From: Phoronis australis
Taxonomy: Eukaryota > Animalia > Phoronida
Assembly (NCBI GenBank): GCA_002633005.1
Contig: NMRA01000843.1
Span: forward strand, 15,230-79,229
Direction of reading: 5' to 3'
DNA: 64,000 nt
Position 1 is the stretch's first letter. Every line of letters starts with the position of its first letter. Positions 26,001 through 38,933 of the stretch are shown piece after piece. A model generated the notes under the pieces. That model saw only the letters and a program-made list of their open reading frames with translations. It did not search any database and was not told the origin of the DNA. The position numbers were made by a program, and so were the translations under genes.

Positions 26001-27426
26001 ACAATCGGAACGATTGGTTATTCTTACAGCTGAACCTGGTCTGCCATCTTTGAGGTAAAACATTCCGAAGTTACATTATTTGTGGGAATTTTCCTTCACA
26101 CTACCATTCAATGTAAGTTTTAGAGAAAAAAAATGATATTTTGGACGCAGAATGACGGTTTTGTGTGCACTCTCGTGACATTATTACGAGACTTATGCTG
26201 CAACTGTGCATGGAGAAGAATAAACGGGCTCAAGAACATTTACTGCGCAATGAATATGACGACTTTAATTTTTGATAATTTTAAATGGATTTCCACATGC
26301 TATCAGCAAAAAAATAATTTATGCCCGAGATTATCCCATCACAGAATATATAAATCAAACCACGACAGGAACATACACAGTCATCCAATCGGATTTAATA
26401 TAAGCCACCGGTTTACAACACTTTGAGAGAAGTAATTGAAATTTCAAGTACTTTGTTCCGTCATTTTCTCATCTGGTGAGCACTTCGACCACTAAATAAT
26501 CACCAATTATGAAAATGCCAACATCTTAAAAATTAAAAGTAAGAAGCACCCCAGCCACCGATAAAAGTACACGTTGGCCCTAAATCACATTGCTGTAGAA
26601 AAAAAACTTATTAACAATATGAAGGAGTTGGCTATAGCAAAAGGACTATCCTTCCATTAGGTCATACATTAGAGACTGCAAAATGTAACGCAAATAAATA
26701 TGTTTGATGAAAAACGTCCCCCAAACGTGATTGTTTGTCAGTTGAACATATCTACCAAAATGATTTAGAACTTCCATTCTCTGTAGAATTACAAACATGC
26801 AGGAAAATGTTATGTCCAAGAACTCAGAATCACATAATTTCAAACCCAAAACTGTACTACTCATCACATGGTTGAATTTCACCAAACATATCGAAATTAT
26901 TACGATTCGATTTATTTTCCGTTGTAACATGAAGTTAGTGTTAAGAACTTTGACCTAGACTCATCCTTTGTGAAGATATGAATATCTTCGTCTATTTATT
27001 TTGGTGTTTACATTTTTTACTTCTAAATCTATAGAAACGCACGTCTGGCGGAAAGTTTTGACCAAAACGTTTATTGCATATGGTGCACTATGACTTAAAA
27101 TCGATTTACTGAAGGTATGAATATTTTTGTTGATCTAAGTGACTTTTTGTGTATGTGTTTCCATGGAAACGCACATCTAGAAGAGTGTTTTGACCAAAAC
27201 TTTTTATTGCATATGTTTTTGATGCACTGTGTCGAGAACTATGTCCTTGTAGCCGAAATGAGATGGTCCTGTGAGGGGTAAACAAAATTTATTGACTGGA
27301 TTCCAGACTAAAATGTTTACTTTATTTTTATTTCTGTGTTCAAGACCCGCTTTACGATACACTGTGATTTGCAGTCTTGTCACTTTTATTTCATTGACGA
27401 CCCTCGTATCAAGAAAATGTAAAGAC

Positions 27427-27638
27427 GAAAATCTACAACTGGTGGTACTTGGTGATGATCAAACGAGAGGAAAATCTACAACTGTTAGTACTTGGTGATG
27501 ATCAAACGAGAGGAAAATCTACAACTGGTGGTACTTGGTGGTGATCAAACGAGAGGAAAATCTACAACTGGTGGTACTTGGTGGTGATCAAACGAGAGGA
27601 AAATCTACAACTGTTAGAACTTGGTGATGATCAAACGA
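27427..27638. repeat. 43-bp minisatellite, 5 copies
   Basis: Unit gaaaatctacaactggtggtacttggtgatgatcaaacgagag. Confidence 0.95.
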
Positions 27639-27719
27639 ATTTAATATCTTACATGAGATTCGACACTTCCATTGAAGTTGCGAATAGAAATAGAAATTTC
27701 AACGAAATATTTAAATAAT

Positions 27720-27950
27720 CGAGTTTTACACGATTTTGATGTGCGAACCACAGACTGGCGGTAGAAACTAGTCGTCACGTAAATGTGATATATCAAGACA
27801 GAGTGTGTGCATTATGCTCGAGGAATTGTGTTGAGGAGGAATATCACTTTTTGTTAGTTTGCGACGCATTTTCCGAAATCAGAGTTAAGTTTATAAATGA
27901 GAGTCTCTGGACAAGTCCCTCTTTGTTTAAATTTCAGACTTTTATGTAAT
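27720..27950 (+). mobile_element. RTEX/RTE-like LINE 3' relic (CCHC zinc knuckle)
   Basis: FTRF*CANHRLAVETSRH..DRVCALC..VEEEYHFLLVCDAFSEIR, the classic LINE ORF2 C-terminal motif. Confidence 0.75.
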
Positions 27951-28279
27951 CCCGATATCTCAGTTGTGAAATATGTACACTACGGATCTAAAAAACGGAA
28001 CAGCTTGTGTATTACTGACTAGTGTGCATAACACTCCAATGATCTTGTTTGCTTGTTTGTTGTACTTTGGGCCGATGGCCATGTGTACAAATAAAGGAAC
28101 GAACGATAATCGATTTATTGTTAATACTCAAAAAGGAACGATTTTGACTGATCCTCATAGTGATCAACACATTTTGTGAGGGGATTATTTTGTATTTCAC
28201 TGGCAGCTGCCACACCAGCGAATTTATTTGCGGGATACATTGTCGTCGCCCAGATGAGTATAGAGTCCTATTTACTGTC

Positions 28280-29150
28280 GCTGCTCGAGACACAAAAGGC
28301 TTGTACCTAACCGATTTGCGAGAATGTGAGTGTTTTGGAAAGAAATGTTCGAGTTTCTAATCAAACACGCATCCGATACATTAGGAATGTCACTACCATT
28401 AGCCATATTGCCAGTTTATTGGACATACACACGTTGCAATCCTGTAACTACCCTTGTTGTAAAAAGTACAACGCTTTGCGTTGAGAATGACTTCCAAAAA
28501 GCTTCCCCAATAACTAAATTTTAAATAAACTATACAAATGCCATTCTTTGATCTTTCGGTCATTAATTTTCTCATCAGGTATATCGTCTACATCCACGTC
28601 ACACAATTTCCCCGAAACTTTTCCATTCCTATCAACGCTATGACGCGGTTTTAACCTCGTCCACACATGTTGCTTTCCTAACTACATCTCCCTGATAAAA
28701 TTTTATTTTTCTTTAAATCGGTATTTGGGGCAAAAATATCGATAATCTTGTCGTCGGATGTGATCCTACCCACGTGCTGCTCAAACAGATATATATCTAA
28801 CTTCTTTACAGATAATTCATTCATCACAAAATGTCACAGTTTCACAATCACTGTACTATAGCTAACACAAGTTACTGTTTGTGCATTCGTGGTGTGCTAT
28901 TTGAATCGCTATTGGTGAGAAATATGATTTTCCTGAAGATACGTCCCAGACTGGCTGGAACCATCATGTTAGCAGCCAAGTGCTTTGCTGGCCATTTAAA
29001 CCACACCTGGTCAAAGTATTCTACGCAAATGTTAGCCAGACAACGGCGAAATTCACTATTTGTAATAAAATCGCAATCATATAAATAAAGAACCATAATT
29101 GATTGCGGTATCTGCAAACACAACGCATCTCGTTTTATAAATCCGGTCAA
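28280..29150 (-). mobile_element. Possible decayed Mutator-like (MULE) transposase with SWIM-like remnant
   Basis: VEYFDQVWFKW...LTNSDSNS resembles MULE 'YFxxxW..TNNxxE'; downstream ATCVCPINWQYG resembles a SWIM finger. Many stops and frameshifts. Confidence 0.35.
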
Positions 29151-32100
29151 ACCTAATGACGTCTATCCAATCAAATAATAGTTCCAAAAATACATTTTCT
29201 TTTAACAATAAAAAATCAACAACATTGGAAACAGGATAGGGACAGTTATACTCTGTAGTTCTAGTTCATTTCCAACATCTCAAAAACAGCAGCACCGAGT
29301 TTTAACAGCGGCTTTAATAACACATTATCGTCGAGAAAAGTGATTTTCTGAGATAAGCATCTGCTTGGAATCTACTGTCAACAACCGTGGTAGCAATGTT
29401 ACCCTCTGCTGGTGCAATTTCGTTGTTTCTCACATCAAAAATAACTACTATTACCGCACATGCGCGAAAGTATACCCATGCTTCTTAAGCCTTGCAATAG
29501 TACGTTAGTGGAAACGTTTCGCAAATAGGTGCATGTGCTTTAGCTTCACTAGTAGGTGCAGGTGCCTATCCTTTCTTAAACTTGGTGTTTTTACTTCGTT
29601 TTTTTCGTCAGTTCTCAGTACTTTTTATTCAATAGTTGATACACCTCAACGTCTTCCACTTTGTATAGGAAAAGTGTACTTTACACAAAGGCACATGTTC
29701 CTAAATGCCCGCATAGGCGGCAACCGAAACAGTAAAGATCATCAACTGTACTTATGGTACTGGGGCAGCTTTTTTTAAATCGATACTTTCAAAAAATCAT
29801 AATGTGGGTCTCGTTCATGTGACCGACAGCTAGGGAATGATCGAGGGGTGGTGCACTGGAAGCGCCTGACAGGCACCGACGCGGTTCATCAAAGTTATTT
29901 TTCCTGCGTTTGGACGAAGCTTCAACAATTGACAGGTGATCTGATGAGACCGATTTGAACATCAGAACTATCAAGAATTGACAGTATGTAATAAATTCAC
30001 CTTGTTTTATAAATCTGGTGAAAGTGCATGACTTCACATAAACCAGCCAGCATATAACCATCTGTCAGTGTAGCGGTTGATAGTGAACGGGTCCCAAGTC
30101 AATACATCTAGTGTCACTTTTGCGAAATTAACATCGAGAACAGTGTATGGTACAGAAACACCAGTCACAATGAAACCTGCGTTAACCAACCCATTTCATG
30201 AATAACATTTTTAGGCCGAAATGACTTGTCCAGTAATTAGGTGAAAATAAAAGTGCACCGAAATGGTTTTTAAAAAAGTAGGACATCTTTGATGAAATAT
30301 TTCGGTTGAATGAATACTTCCTCTAACTAAATGTATCTTGTGACTACTGCTCACAAAACTGTACATTCATTTCCATGTGCACCGTCTTTTCATTCTCCAA
30401 TGTTGGCAACTTTGGAAACGTTCCTAAATAACTTGAATTTCTTTTTGCTCATATCGTATGTGATACATATAAATGAAATATTTGGAGTGGTGTTTGACGC
30501 AGGTAATTTGGAGTGATATGTTCGACACAGGCAATTTCTTATAAAGTGGCAGCCCACACACATTTAGTCCAGACATAATCAAGATTTACCAAAAAGGCAC
30601 CTTGTACGACAAAGGAAGGATATCGAGGGTCTTTGTTTTCAAACAAACAGGTGAAATACAATTTCACAATTTTAGAAGTGTTCGCAACTAACGGATCAAA
30701 CTGGTTCACATTACAGGAAGATGACATCAGTGAAAATAAAAATACGACACGATAGTTTGAGCTAAGTGAAGCAGACGAAAGTCGAAAACATGGTAATGTT
30801 TCTTGCAACTAAATTCACGCAATAATCATTAACAAATTAGCTTCTAAACACCATTTAAAAGAACCTACACACATATCTTGGATTTACAGTGGACCAGAAA
30901 AGAAGATTGCCGCACGTAAATTAGTTTTACAAAGATCTGCTTTTTAAGGTTTAGTGCGCGCAGGCTTCTGATATAGTGAAAAAACGATTTTCCTTTCGAA
31001 GGTTGAACTTTGACCAATTCAGCCTGTCAGACGATTGTCTGTGTGGGTTTGTTTAAAAGGTAGCTATGCTTTGAAGTTGTGCGTAGATGGAGAGTGAATA
31101 ATCAAATCCAGTAATTAATTTATTATATGATAACCCCTAATTAGACAAATGAAACCTATTGTTAATTAATAATCAACTACAAAGAGAAACTACGCTAGCG
31201 CCCTCTTTAAAAGATTACTTTAATCAAACAACCAAACGATCAAATGTCTTATCTGCTATCCACGCTAGGACTCTCCACTTGTTGGATGTCTGTCCTGTTG
31301 GTGAATCTTCGAACTACACACACTGTAAAGCGACAGTGTACTTGTTGGTCACCGTCTTTGGTGATTCAACACTTGCAGGCAATTTCTTCTACCCGCTACT
31401 CTTCTTGCTGGTCACAGTCTCTGGCTGATGACGCAACACTTCAGGTAGTATCTTACTACCCACAATGCAAGTGACAAGCTCTTAGTTAACTTCCGGTTCG
31501 TTAACCCTTGCCCTTGCCTTTCTAGAATCTTCCACGAGATGGCTCTGTCGTACAACTGCTTCTGTACACTGTAGCAAGTCTTTATGCTTCAACTACTTTA
31601 GCGCATCTGATTATCTTGCTGATTTCAGCCCATAATATAACATTCTACTTATTTAGTGATTGGCTAATAAAAACCACATGATCATATCCACTCGTATTAT
31701 TGGCTGTTACAATTTGTTCACAGAATATTCTAGAATCTCTAGAGTACTTTGACCCCAGAACCCAAAGTTGTAAACACCATCTAAAAATAGATTTTGACGT
31801 TAAAATACATGTCAACAAGTCTGACCCCATGATTTAAAAGTACATATGCACAAATTTTGGGCAACTTAAAATGGATCTATTCTCACTAATTACTTAATCA
31901 ATATTTATTCTGACACAGCCCTAGATTACCCCGTTACAGTATATATAAATCAGCCCATGGCAGGAACATACACAGTTATACAGTCAGATTAAATGTAAAT
32001 CACGGGGTTACAAAATAACCCGCTATATTAAAGAAAACAGGCCTAAAAATCTTTAGGGAGATTTCCTAAATGCACGTCAAATTCCTTGCACAGTTCTGAT

Positions 32101-32396
32101 TTAAAACCTGAATATTTTATAAGTAATGAGATGAGAAAATCTAAATTTGTGCCTGGTGTGGGCGATTTATTGCGTTCTTGGTCTGTTTTTAGATGATGTC
32201 GCAATGTTACGACAATTGACTTGACGTGTTTTACTGAGTGTTCTGGGAAGGTACATACAGTAAAGAAACGACTTCCTGTATAGCTTCATCTAAGAGGTAG
32301 ATCATTTTGATGAGATATTTATGTTCAATGAATTCCTCGAACTCGATGTTCATATAAATACATTTATTGCGGTATGAATTAAACACGGAGTCCAAC

Positions 32397-32498
32397 ACTC
32401 TTTACGGCAGTCACGTCACAGCGGCCTTTAATGATTAGAAGCTTCACCACCGCTGCGTGTCCTACCTCTGACGCCATGTGTAGCGGTGTGTCACCCCA
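32397..32498 (-). CDS. Ankyrin-repeat protein, exon ANK6
   Basis: ttgctgtag|TGG: WGDTPLHMASEVGHAAVVKLLIIKGRCDVTAVKS. Donor uncertain (AGT|gttgga or GCC|gtaaag, both phase 0). Confidence 0.8.
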
Positions 32499-32824
32499 CT
32501 ACAGCAAGTTGATCAGCATTATATATAGCGAAATGGGTGGCTCAACAGGGCGTCACGTTTTATATTTTTCAAATTTAAAACGTCACCATCATTTGCATAT
32601 TTATGACATCGGTGGATCAACAGAGCGTGACCACAACCTGACGTTTGAACTGCACACAACTTGAGCGAGATTTCTTAAATGTTCGTCTGATGTGTTGTAG
32701 TCGCGCATTGAAAACATAATTTTAAGTATGACAACTTGATGTTATATATTACAACACAGACATTCATTTAGTGAGTACTGTGGAAATGCAAGTAAATACT
32801 CATTGTACAACTCCATGTGACCTG

Positions 32825-33234
32825 GGCCCAGTCTCAAATCTTTTTACTCGAAATGGAACTCGAAATTATGTTTGGCATGTTTTACTCTACTTTTGTGCGA
32901 ATTCAAGATAAGTGGCTATTTTTCTATGCTCAAGTGCACAATGACTTACTTGGATAATTTATGAATCCTAGTATGCAGTTCATAAACCCACCAACAACAA
33001 TAAAGCTAAAAGTTCGAATTTAAACTCGAAAATTTCGAGTTTTTGCTGGACTTTGTAGCACGAATGTCAGGGTCTTCAAGTGCAAAGTTGGATTAGAAAC
33101 TCATACGCATAAACTATACTCATTCGACCACTGTCTGATAACCACTTATATTGAGAGTTGAGTTCTTACAAAAGGAGCTGAGAAACTGCCAAAATCTTGA
33201 GTTCGTTTCAAGTACAAAGATTAGAGACCGGGCC
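32825..33234. mobile_element. PIF/Harbinger-like MITE in an ankyrin-gene intron
   Basis: ~40-bp imperfect TIRs (gccccagtctcaaatctttttactcgaaa / ttcaagtacaaagattagagaccgggcc) flanked by CTG/CAG. Confidence 0.65.
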
Positions 33235-33453
33235 CAGGACCTGAAAACTGTTTCTAAATACTTAAAACCGCGAGCAAGTCACGTCACGTGCACGTCACGT
33301 GGAGTGCAAGGAGAAATATCAAAATTACAATGAAATCATCAATGGTGATTGATTAATTAAATCACCAATGATTCAGCCTAGTCACGTGTTGTGCGTTCAA
33401 CATCGTTGTGTAAACAAACAGTTCAATCAAACAACCCGTGTGTCATTAATTAC

Positions 33454-33552
33454 CTCAGTGCGGACATTCACGTTGGCCCCGTGTTGGAGGAGACACTCCA
33501 CTGTCTGTGTATGACCATACCCTGCTGCCCAGTGCAGCGGTGTCCAGCCCTC
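33454..33552 (-). CDS. Ankyrin-repeat protein, exon ANK5
   Basis: 99 nt, ttacatag|...|gtaatt; EGWTPLHWAAGYGHTQTVECLLQHGANVNVRTE. Confidence 0.9.
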
Positions 33553-33925
33553 CTATGTAATATATAATGGAGATGTGTGAATGGACGATCAACGTTTGGA
33601 GCTTATTAACATACACAGGGGGAAAGTGAACTTGTAAGGTGACATAAATGAAACATCACTGACCCCTCCAAGGTGCTAATACTTGTAATGATGTCAACAG
33701 GGAAATGTTAAGTTTTACAACAAAACAACAGGTAACACAGGTAAGTCACACTGCATTGTCTACGCAGCTTTGGTGGTTCACGAACGGAAGGCAGACGACA
33801 TTTAATTTGACATTGTTTGGGGGCATTAAATTGTAAAAATATCAACAAAATTTGTCGTCATCAGTTTTAAACATCGTTTGTGTAATCAACTAGATCAACC
33901 AAACAACTTGTGTGTCATTAATTAC

Positions 33926-34024
33926 CTTATCACGGACATTCACTGTGGCGCTGTGTTCAACTAGACACTTCACTGTCTGTGTATGACCACGCCCTACTGC
34001 ACAGTGCAGCGGTGTCATGCCCTC
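33926..34024 (-). CDS. Ankyrin-repeat protein, exon ANK4
   Basis: 99 nt, ag/gt bounded; EGMTPLHCAVGRGHTQTVKCLVEHSATVNVRDK. Confidence 0.88.
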
Positions 34025-34558
34025 CTATGTAATATATAATGGAGATGTGTGAATGGACGATCAACGTTTAGAGCTAATTAACATACACGGGAGAAAGTGA
34101 ACTTGTAAGGTGACATAAATGAAACATTACTGACCCCTCTAAGGTGCTAATACTTGTAACGATGTCAACAGGGAAATGTTAAGTTTAAGAACAAAACAAC
34201 AGAACCTGGTTAGTGTTTCGTTTCTCTTTACTGGGCGGTAACACCTGTAGTAATTGTGCGCTGTAACGTGTTGGACAACCCCAGTGTAATGTATGTCTAG
34301 TGCTAACGAATTAGGGGTACTTTAATTACCTTATATATCATTTACCTGTACAGGTAAGTCATACTGCATTGTCTCTACCAGTCTACGCACTTTTGGCGAT
34401 TCTCAATCAAATCTCGAATGGAAAGCAGACGACATTTAATTTGACATTGTTTAGGGACATTAAATTGTGAAAAATCAACAAAATTTGTCGTCATCAGTTT
34501 TAAACATCGTTTGTGTAATCAATTACATCAACCAAACAACCGGTGTGTCATTAAATAC

Positions 34559-34657
34559 CTTATCACAGACATTCACTGTGGCGCTGTGTTCAACTAGACA
34601 CTCCACTGTCTGTGTATGACCACACCCTGCTGCCCAGTGCAGCGGTGTCTGGCCCAA
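34559..34657 (-). CDS. Ankyrin-repeat protein, exon ANK3
   Basis: 99 nt, ag/gt bounded; LGQTPLHWAAGCGHTQTVECLVEHSATVNVCDK. Confidence 0.88.
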
Positions 34658-35040
34658 CTATGTAATATATAATGGAGATGTGTGAATGGACGATCAACGT
34701 TTAGAGCTAATTAACATACACGGGGGAAAGTGAACTTGTAAGGTGACATAAATGAAACATTACTGACCCCTCTAAGGTGCTAATACTTGTAATGATGTCA
34801 ACAGGGAAATGTTAAGTTTTACAACCAAACAACAGGTAACACAGGTAAGTCACAATGCATTGTCTCTACCAGTCTACGCAGCTTTGGTGGTTCATGAACG
34901 GAAAGCAGACGACATTTAATTTGACATTGTTTAGGGGCATTAAATTGCAAAAATACGAACAAAATTTGTTCTTCTTCAGTTTTAAACATCGTTTGTGTAA
35001 TCAACTACATCAACCAAATAACCTGTGTGTCATTAATTAC

Positions 35041-35139
35041 CTGAGTAGTGATATTCACTGTGGCGCTGTGTTCAACTAGGCACTTCACTATCTCTGTATT
35101 ACCACACGCTGCTGCATAGTGCAGCGGTGTCATCCCCAA
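35041..35139 (-). CDS. Ankyrin-repeat protein, exon ANK2
   Basis: 99 nt, ag/gt bounded; LGMTPLHYAAACGNTEIVKCLVEHSATVNITTQ. Confidence 0.88.
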
Positions 35140-35617
35140 CTATGTAATATATAATGGAGATGTGTGAATGGACGATCAACGTTTAGAGCTTATTAACATA
35201 CACGGGGGAAAGTGAACTTGTAAGGTGACATAAATGAAACATTACTGACCCCTCTAAGAAGGCTATAATACTTGTAACGATTTCAACAGTCAAGTTTTAC
35301 AGGTGATTTTAAAACGTTGCAATAATAACATGGTGCAGACGTGGACTGCCAGAAATTACTAAGCGCCTCCATAACTTGACAGCGACCCCTCCATGTTGTG
35401 TTTATGCTCCGGTTTAGTGGCTTCCTGTTTAATGTAAAGTTGTAATGTTGAATGGACGATTGCCATGAAGAATAAAAAAGTATCAACGTTAAGTTGACAT
35501 ATATATTGTTGACACGATTCAAACCTCACTGTTTCTTAACATGCATGTACCCTACAGCTTTTGTAATAAAGATAACATGGCCTTATTATCAAAATTGTAT
35601 CAAGTACTTTCTATTAC

Positions 35618-35716
35618 CTTGTCTCGCATGTCTACATCGGCCCCACCCTGTAACAATACCCAAACCACTTCTGTGTTGCCCCGCCATGCTGCTTCGTGTA
35701 GTGGGGTCTCGCGGTC
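35618..35716 (-). CDS. Ankyrin-repeat protein, exon ANK1 (start exon not identified)
   Basis: 99 nt, tttctgcag|...AAG|gtaata; DRETPLHEAAWRGNTEVVWVLLQGGADVDMRDK. Confidence 0.88.
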
Positions 35717-36875
35717 CTGCAGAAACAATGAGCAAGTTATAGCAAGACTCACAATCACTAACTTCACAGTGCATCTTAATTACTCGTCACCGAAACTTTT
35801 AAATAACACATTTGCAAATGAAATTACCAATTCTACTCCCTGTTTAAGAGGTACATGTAATATAACAGACGTGGTTGGAATAGATCATCATTTTTAAAGA
35901 ACGAGGTTACGTCGCTCTCGTAGTACGTTTGATAATGTCAATAGTAATTCTCAGAGTTAAGACGCAGCATGTTCTTTTATAATATGAACACTTTTATCAA
36001 AGTCCGGACGACTGGTTGTAGCCAGCTGACTGTTATTGACGAAAACGTGACCTTGATATTCACACTTAAGAATCAACTTAACGAGGACGATTCCATAAGA
36101 GTAAAAGGTTTAATTCAATTTTGGATTTTAGCCAGCTAAACAGTACGAAATGCAGTTTGTCAGAAAATCATTTTTGGTAATAATATGAGGTAATAAGCGA
36201 CTTTGTTGATATGCTCAGTACATGTACTGTGTAGGCTATACATGAAAGATGCGATTATATCAATTAAACCTGTTCTTATCAGTAAATCTACCCAAGACCA
36301 ATCCATGCCGGGTGCATCAATTGAAAACCATGGTTAAACTAGCTTATGACGTCCAGTCTCAAGCAACTGGAAATTTATGCCACTTTTTCCGAGTTCCAAA
36401 ATAATTTCTAACGAATCTCAGGAACAAACTGGAATAGAGAGATGAGAGAACATCAATACAGGGTTAATATATCAGAATGGGATATCTAAGTATGTCAGGA
36501 GAACATCGGTTAGGCAATGTTTCGTCTTGCCGTGGGTGCAATAATGATTAGGATCACAGCCACGGTATAAACACTACAAATTTAACACATGTTGAAACAC
36601 ATTTTACCAAAACCTTTTTTCTGATCAAGATCCCTGTAAATCAATCAATCATATAGTTTCCATTTCGATACAAATCCAAACAGTCAATTGCTCTGTTGTA
36701 GGTCTAATGAGACTTGAAACGACGAGACAGTGGTCTGGCCAGACGAAGCGGTGCTTTTAAAAAGAGCGCTTTGCCGGCCAGTTTTCACGTGTACACGCGA
36801 TAAATTGATACATTTGCCTGTTCTTGCATATATTTAAAGGGGCATTTCATCATAATTGCAAGAAACTGATTAATA

Positions 36876-37203
36876 CGGTGGCTGTAAAAGGATTGCAAGG
36901 CAACTTTTTTCTCCGTTGCTAACTCTATCTACATGTGTTGACTTAATATCCATATCGATAGAGTTGTTAGCTATCTATCAATAGAGACTAGTAAGTCTAT
37001 AGACAGAGAAACTAAGTATATCGATAGAGTTAGTAAGTCTATCGATAGAGTTAGTAAGTCTATCGATAGAGTTAATAAGACCATTGATAGAGTTAGTAAG
37101 TCTATCAATAGAATTAATAAATGTATCGCTAGAGTAAGTAAAGCCTGTCGACAGAGCTAGCAACGGAGAAAAAAGGTTCCGTGCCGTCCTTTTACAGCCA
37201 CCG
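36876..37203. mobile_element. TA-flanked MITE (Tc1/mariner-type target) with internal ~21-bp repeats
   Basis: TA|CGGTGGCTGTAAAAGGA...TCCTTTTACAGCCACCG|TA with ~60-bp imperfect TIRs; internal tcgatagagttagtaagtcta repeats. Confidence 0.8.
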
Positions 37204-38933
37204 TACTTATGTAACGGTATGATTACTCCAGTTTTTATGGCAAGCAACTAAGGAGCAAAAATGTAGAACATCTTGAGTATTAGCTTCAATTTGATTTTCC
37301 GCCACGACTAGCGGACCTAACGGTTACTTGGTCAAAAAAATAGAAAAATCATTGATAAGTACAAAATACGACGAGTAGTATTAAAATAATGAACAATTTC
37401 ATAATAGAATAAAGCATCGATGCCTATAATAATAATAACATGTTCCGCAAAACATGTGTTTGCTTGAAAACTATCTAAATAATATCTTCAAACCTTTATT
37501 ATTCATTAAATATTGACCCTCGTAAAAAGTCGCGTGTATGTCTAATCATAGAAAATTCTGGAAATTCGACATTTTACATTCACACTGAAATAACAACTCC
37601 GCCTGATGAAGAATAAGCAAACGTCATTGCGTTCGCTTTGAGAAATGAATATTTAGTTGGCAACATAACAGTGACGTAATATGTACAAAATGAAATCAAT
37701 TGCTGGACTTAAGGATTGAGTTCGATTTTGCACATTTTATTTACTCAACTGGATGACTGAAAGCATTTATCGCATAATATTGACGAGAGCATAAAATGTA
37801 ACAACTTCAAGTTTACGTCGCTCTCCCTTACTTTGCAACTGTCATTGGTAGCAATTCACAGACAAGACTGTCCTTCCAGTCAGTGACCTAGTGGGATGTT
37901 CACTCACAAGTGATCACTCGACTTTCATCAACCGAGTGCCCGTGAAAATCTTAATAACGTCTTAGCTAAGACCGGTCGCATGGCCATGATAAAAATGTTC
38001 CCATTTCAAGACCAAAGTTACGTCGTCTCTGTTAAGTGATACACTTTAGAATCTTGCAATGCGTTCTACTGCACAGGCCCTAATTCTCACGCGTAAAAAT
38101 AGATGGCGCGTTCTACTACACAGGCCTTAGTTCTCATGCGTAAAAATAGATGGCGTTGCCTACATGCAAAGGCTGCTGAAATTTGCAATAAAATATTATT
38201 CGTGCTGGAGACGGTTATTTCAAATCACGTCACTTAAAGGAATGGAAAGAGATTAAGTAGGTGCTAAAAACTGAGTGAGTGCATACATTAGTTAAAAAAA
38301 GTTATCTTAGTACATTCCTCTTGCGCTCAAACGGCGATTGACCGTTGCGCCATTGCGACGGACATTCAAGGTGTTTGAAGGGTATTACGTAACTGTCACA
38401 ACCGTCAAAACAGTGTGTCGATTTTTGGCACCTGGGACACTTTGGGTCACACATTAATAGCCAGACCAAGTCTTTCGTGTGATGTCATGACACAGACTTC
38501 AATTGTCTACCACGCTGAATGAATACATTAATGTAAATCCGGAAAATATTATTATTGGGGACAAATAAAACAACACAAGAATGAAAAATATTTTAAGCTG
38601 TACTGGGAATTTAAGGGTCGCAGCTCTACAAATAATTATTTCACAGAAGGTACCAGATGGGTACCTTAATTACAAGAGATAACACAAAAATATACCGTAT
38701 GCCGTCTGAATACGAACAGTCCAGATCAACTGACAAATTTGCCACATGGACAGGGTTGCTAAAATAATCAACCTAAAAACAAACTTTGGTTCAATAACAA
38801 CGTCAAATGATAGATAAGCAAAACCAATCAGTTCGATTACAAAGATCAAACCAGAAAACAAAATAAAATCCGCTGATTTTTCAACGATATAAAAACTGTA
38901 TGTACATGTAGCTGTACAGCTAGTAATTTGTAA

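Larger units (their letters stand above)
33405..35295. repeat. Tandem array of four exon+intron units (~470-630 bp), each carrying one ankyrin exon
   Basis: Intronic text (tatgtaatatataatggagatgtgtgaatggacgatcaacg...) recurs at ~33555, 34027, 34660 and 35142. Confidence 0.93.

Noticed and set aside
35300-35430. Possible degenerate extra ankyrin exon (RKPLNR..TWRGRCQVMEAL)
   Set aside because: Lacks TPLH and a clear 99-nt splice frame.
36520-36575. Candidate upstream ankyrin-gene exon (CLYRGCDPNHYCTH)
   Set aside because: Needs a GC donor and its phase does not match ANK1 in that frame; unresolved.
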